A stretch of DNA of 47,822 nt from an uncultured Burkholderiales bacterium (GTDB lineage: Bacteria > Pseudomonadota > Gammaproteobacteria > Burkholderiales > Burkholderiaceae_C), in contig CAJAOB010000396.1 in NCBI GenBank assembly GCA_903941205.1, positions 1-47,822 on the forward strand, read 5' to 3'. Both the position numbers and the translations under genes were made by a program. Of this stretch, positions 45,616-47,822 are shown piece after piece. How positions within the stretch are numbered: position 1 is the stretch's first letter; the number at the start of each line of letters is the position of its first letter. Below the pieces are notes generated by a model, which did no database searches, was not told the origin of the DNA, and saw only the letters and a list, made by a program, of their open reading frames with translations.

Positions 45616-45728
45616 GCGCTGCAAGGAATGCGCAGGCAGTATCGAAAAAATAAGAGGGTGTGCGCGTTTCAGGCGTTTCATCCGCTCAAAACAGCAGACA
45701 AGGGCTTTGCCCACGGAGAAGTAAAAAC

Positions 45729-47063
45729 ATGAGCAGACAGTATTTCGGCACCGATGGCATTCGCGGCACGGTCGGCCAGGCGCCCATCACCCCTGACTTT
45801 GTGTTGCGCCTGGCCCACTCGGTTGGCCGCGTTTTAAAGCGAAGCGAAGACCGTCCCACCGTGCTGATTGGCAAGGACACGCGGATTTCGGGCTACATGC
45901 TGGAAAGCGCGCTGGAGTCCGGCTTCAACTCTGCGGGCGTTGACGTGGTTTTGCTCGGCCCCTTGCCGACGCCGGGCGTGGCCTATCTCACGCGGGCGCA
46001 GCGGGCCAGCCTGGGCGTGGTCATCAGCGCCAGTCACAACGCCTTTGCCGACAATGGCATCAAGTTTTTCAGCGCCCAGGGCACCAAGCTGCCCGATGCC
46101 TGGGAGGAGGCCGTGGAGGCCGCGCTTGAAGAGTCACCGGTCTGGGCCGACTCGCCCAATTTGGGCAAGGCTCGCCGGCTCGATGATGCCGCGGGCCGCT
46201 ACATCGAGTTCTGCAAAAGCACCTTCGCCAACGACCTGTCGCTCAGGGGTTTGAAGATCGTGGTCGATGCAGCGCATGGCGCGGCCTATCACATCGCGCC
46301 CAAGGTCTTTCACGAACTCGGCGCCGATATCGTCTGCATTGGCTGCTCCCCCAATGGCCTGAACATCAACGACGGGGTCGGTGCGACCCATCCTGAAGCC
46401 TTGATTGAAGCGGTCAAGGCCCACGGGGCCGACTATGGCGTCGCCCTGGATGGTGACGCAGACCGCCTGCAACTGGTGGATGCCAGCGGCCGCCTGTTCA
46501 ACGGCGACGAGGTTTTGTTCCTGATGGTGAGCGAACGCCTGGCCCGGGGTGAAGTGGTTCCCGGCGCGGTCGGCACCCTGATGACCAATCTGGCGGTCGA
46601 GGTGGCCTTGAAGGCGCGTGGCGTGGAGTTTGTGAGAGCCCGCGTGGGCGACCGCTACGTGCTCGAAGAGCTTGAAAAAAAGGGCTGGCTGCTCGGCGGC
46701 GAAGGCTCGGGTCACCTGCTGGCGCTGGACAAGCACACCACCGGCGACGGGCTGATCAGCGCCTTGCAGGTCTTGCAGGCCTGCGTGCGCAGTGGCAAGC
46801 CGCTGTCGCAATTGCTGTCTGAGGTCACCTTGTTCCCGCAAACCTTGATCAATGTACGCCTGCGCCCGGGTCAGGACTGGACCTCCAGCGCGGCTTTGAA
46901 AGCAGCCAGCACGGCCGTTGAAGCGGAGCTGGGACAAACGGGTCGTATCCTGATTCGCGCCAGCGGAACCGAGCCGCTGCTGCGCATCATGGTCGAAGCG
47001 CAGGACGCCGCACAAGCCAGGGCCTGCGCAGAGCGTCTGGTGGCCGCGGTGCAACTGGCATGA
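45729..47063 (+). CDS. glmM: Phosphoglucosamine mutase
   Basis: [22 protein letters not shown] and RASGTEP. Confidence 0.95.
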   Translation: MSRQYFGTDGIRGTVGQAPITPDFVLRLAHSVGRVLKRSEDRPTVLIGKDTRISGYMLESALESGFNSAGVDVVLLGPLPTPGVAYLTRAQRASLGVVISASHNAFADNGIKFFSAQGTKLPDAWEEAVEAALEESPVWADSPNLGKARRLDDAAGRYIEFCKSTFANDLSLRGLKIVVDAAHGAAYHIAPKVFHELGADIVCIGCSPNGLNINDGVGATHPEALIEAVKAHGADYGVALDGDADRLQLVDASGRLFNGDEVLFLMVSERLARGEVVPGAVGTLMTNLAVEVALKARGVEFVRARVGDRYVLEELEKKGWLLGGEGSGHLLALDKHTTGDGLISALQVLQACVRSGKPLSQLLSEVTLFPQTLINVRLRPGQDWTSSAALKAASTAVEAELGQTGRILIRASGTEPLLRIMVEAQDAAQARACAERLVAAVQLA

Positions 47064-47572
47064 GCGCGGCAACCGGGGCTGGTGAGCCGGACTTCACGGT
47101 TCGGCTGGCTGACTACAGCGATGCTCGCGACGCCATCGCGCTGCTTGCCTTGCTCGACGCCTATGCCAGCGACCCCGCTGGCGGCGGCGAGCCCCTGAGC
47201 GAATTTACCAAACAGCATCTTGTGGCCGCCTTGGCGCAGCGTCCTCAGGCCTTCAGTGTGCTGGCGTTTGACGGCGACAAGCCGGTTGGCCTGATCAACT
47301 GCTTCGAAGGCTTTTCCACCTTCGCTTGCCGCCCTTTGGTGAATTTGCATGACGTGGCGGTGCTGGCCGATTACCGCGGCCGCAGGGTCGGCGAGCGCAT
47401 GCTGGTCCTGGTTGAGGCGCTGGCCCGCGAGCGCGGCGCCTGCAAGCTCACGCTCGAAGTGCTCGAAGGCAATCACAGCGCAGTCAAGCTCTACGCGCGA
47501 AACGGCTTTGCGGCCTACCAGCTGGACCCGCAGCTTGGCGGCGCGCGCTTCCTGCAAAAAAAGCTGGGCTGA
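47060..47572 (+). CDS. GNAT family N-acetyltransferase
   Basis: NLHDVAV, acetyl-CoA motif YRGRRVG and LEVLEGN...LYARNGF. Confidence 0.87.
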   Translation: MSAATGAGEPDFTVRLADYSDARDAIALLALLDAYASDPAGGGEPLSEFTKQHLVAALAQRPQAFSVLAFDGDKPVGLINCFEGFSTFACRPLVNLHDVAVLADYRGRRVGERMLVLVEALARERGACKLTLEVLEGNHSAVKLYARNGFAAYQLDPQLGGARFLQKKLG

Positions 47573-47598
47573 AACGGCGGCTTTACAGCCCAAAAAGC

Positions 47599-47822
47599 TC
47601 AGGTAGCGGCTTCGAGCCCGTTGCTGAAATGGTTTTGCATCGCCTCGACGCTGGCGCGCGGATCCCGGGCCAGCAGGGCGTTCATGAGGATTTGGTGCTC
47701 GGCCAGAGACTCCTCGATGCGCCCACTTTTGAGCAGCGAGTTGTGGCGGTTCAGCTTCATCACCTTGCGCAGGTCGGCCACCATCTGGTCGCGCCAGCGG
47801 TTGTTGGCGATCTCCAGCAGGC
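47599..47822 (-). CDS. GntR family regulator, C-terminal FCD domain (partial, runs off the window end)
   Basis: LLEIANNRWRDQMVADLRK...SLAEHQILMNALLARD...MQNHF, the FCD pattern. Confidence 0.75.
   Translation of the reverse strand, partial: LLEIANNRWRDQMVADLRKVMKLNRHNSLLKSGRIEESLAEHQILMNALLARDPRASVEAMQNHFSNGLEAAT

Noticed and set aside
153-47593. Many long antisense or alternate-frame ORFs (e.g. 1231-2658, 3589-4902, 8385-9650, 42713-44464)
   Set aside because: They are shadows of well-supported genes on the other strand or frame, expected in high-GC DNA, and carry no recognisable motifs.

Overview
High-GC betaproteobacterial chromosome segment; the housekeeping proteins and gene order look Comamonadaceae/Burkholderiales-like, which is my inference. 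The first ~16 kb is the edge of an anoxygenic photosynthesis gene cluster: 5' end of bchX, bchC, crtF, crtE, a BciB-like 8-vinyl reductase, a complete ccmABCDEFGHI cytochrome c maturation operon on the opposite strand, and bchO-bchD-bchI. Clear PpsR/CrtJ-type TGT-N12-ACA operators sit upstream of bchC, crtE and bciB. The remainder is mostly core genome: DUF3422-like protein, quinone oxidoreductase, surE-pcm-nlpD-exonuclease-rlmD, YccA, GlcG-like, tonB-exbBD, PEP synthase and its regulator, a solute symporter, rpsF-priB-rpsR-rplI, prlC, yhbY, rlmE-ftsH-folP-glmM, a GNAT and a partial GntR. One accessory block at 18.9-22.1 kb carries a TPR-like protein plus a HupE/UreJ-type membrane protein, divergent from a 55-aa secreted peptide whose predicted mature N-terminus (Gly-Ser-His) is an ATCUN Cu/Ni-binding motif. 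This is my best candidate for an undescribed system. Also notable is a recurring -10-box-N6/7-ATG arrangement without Shine-Dalgarno sequence, suggesting several leaderless mRNAs. I saw no tRNA, rRNA, CRISPR array, transposase or prophage. All calls come from reading motifs by eye; no searches were run.
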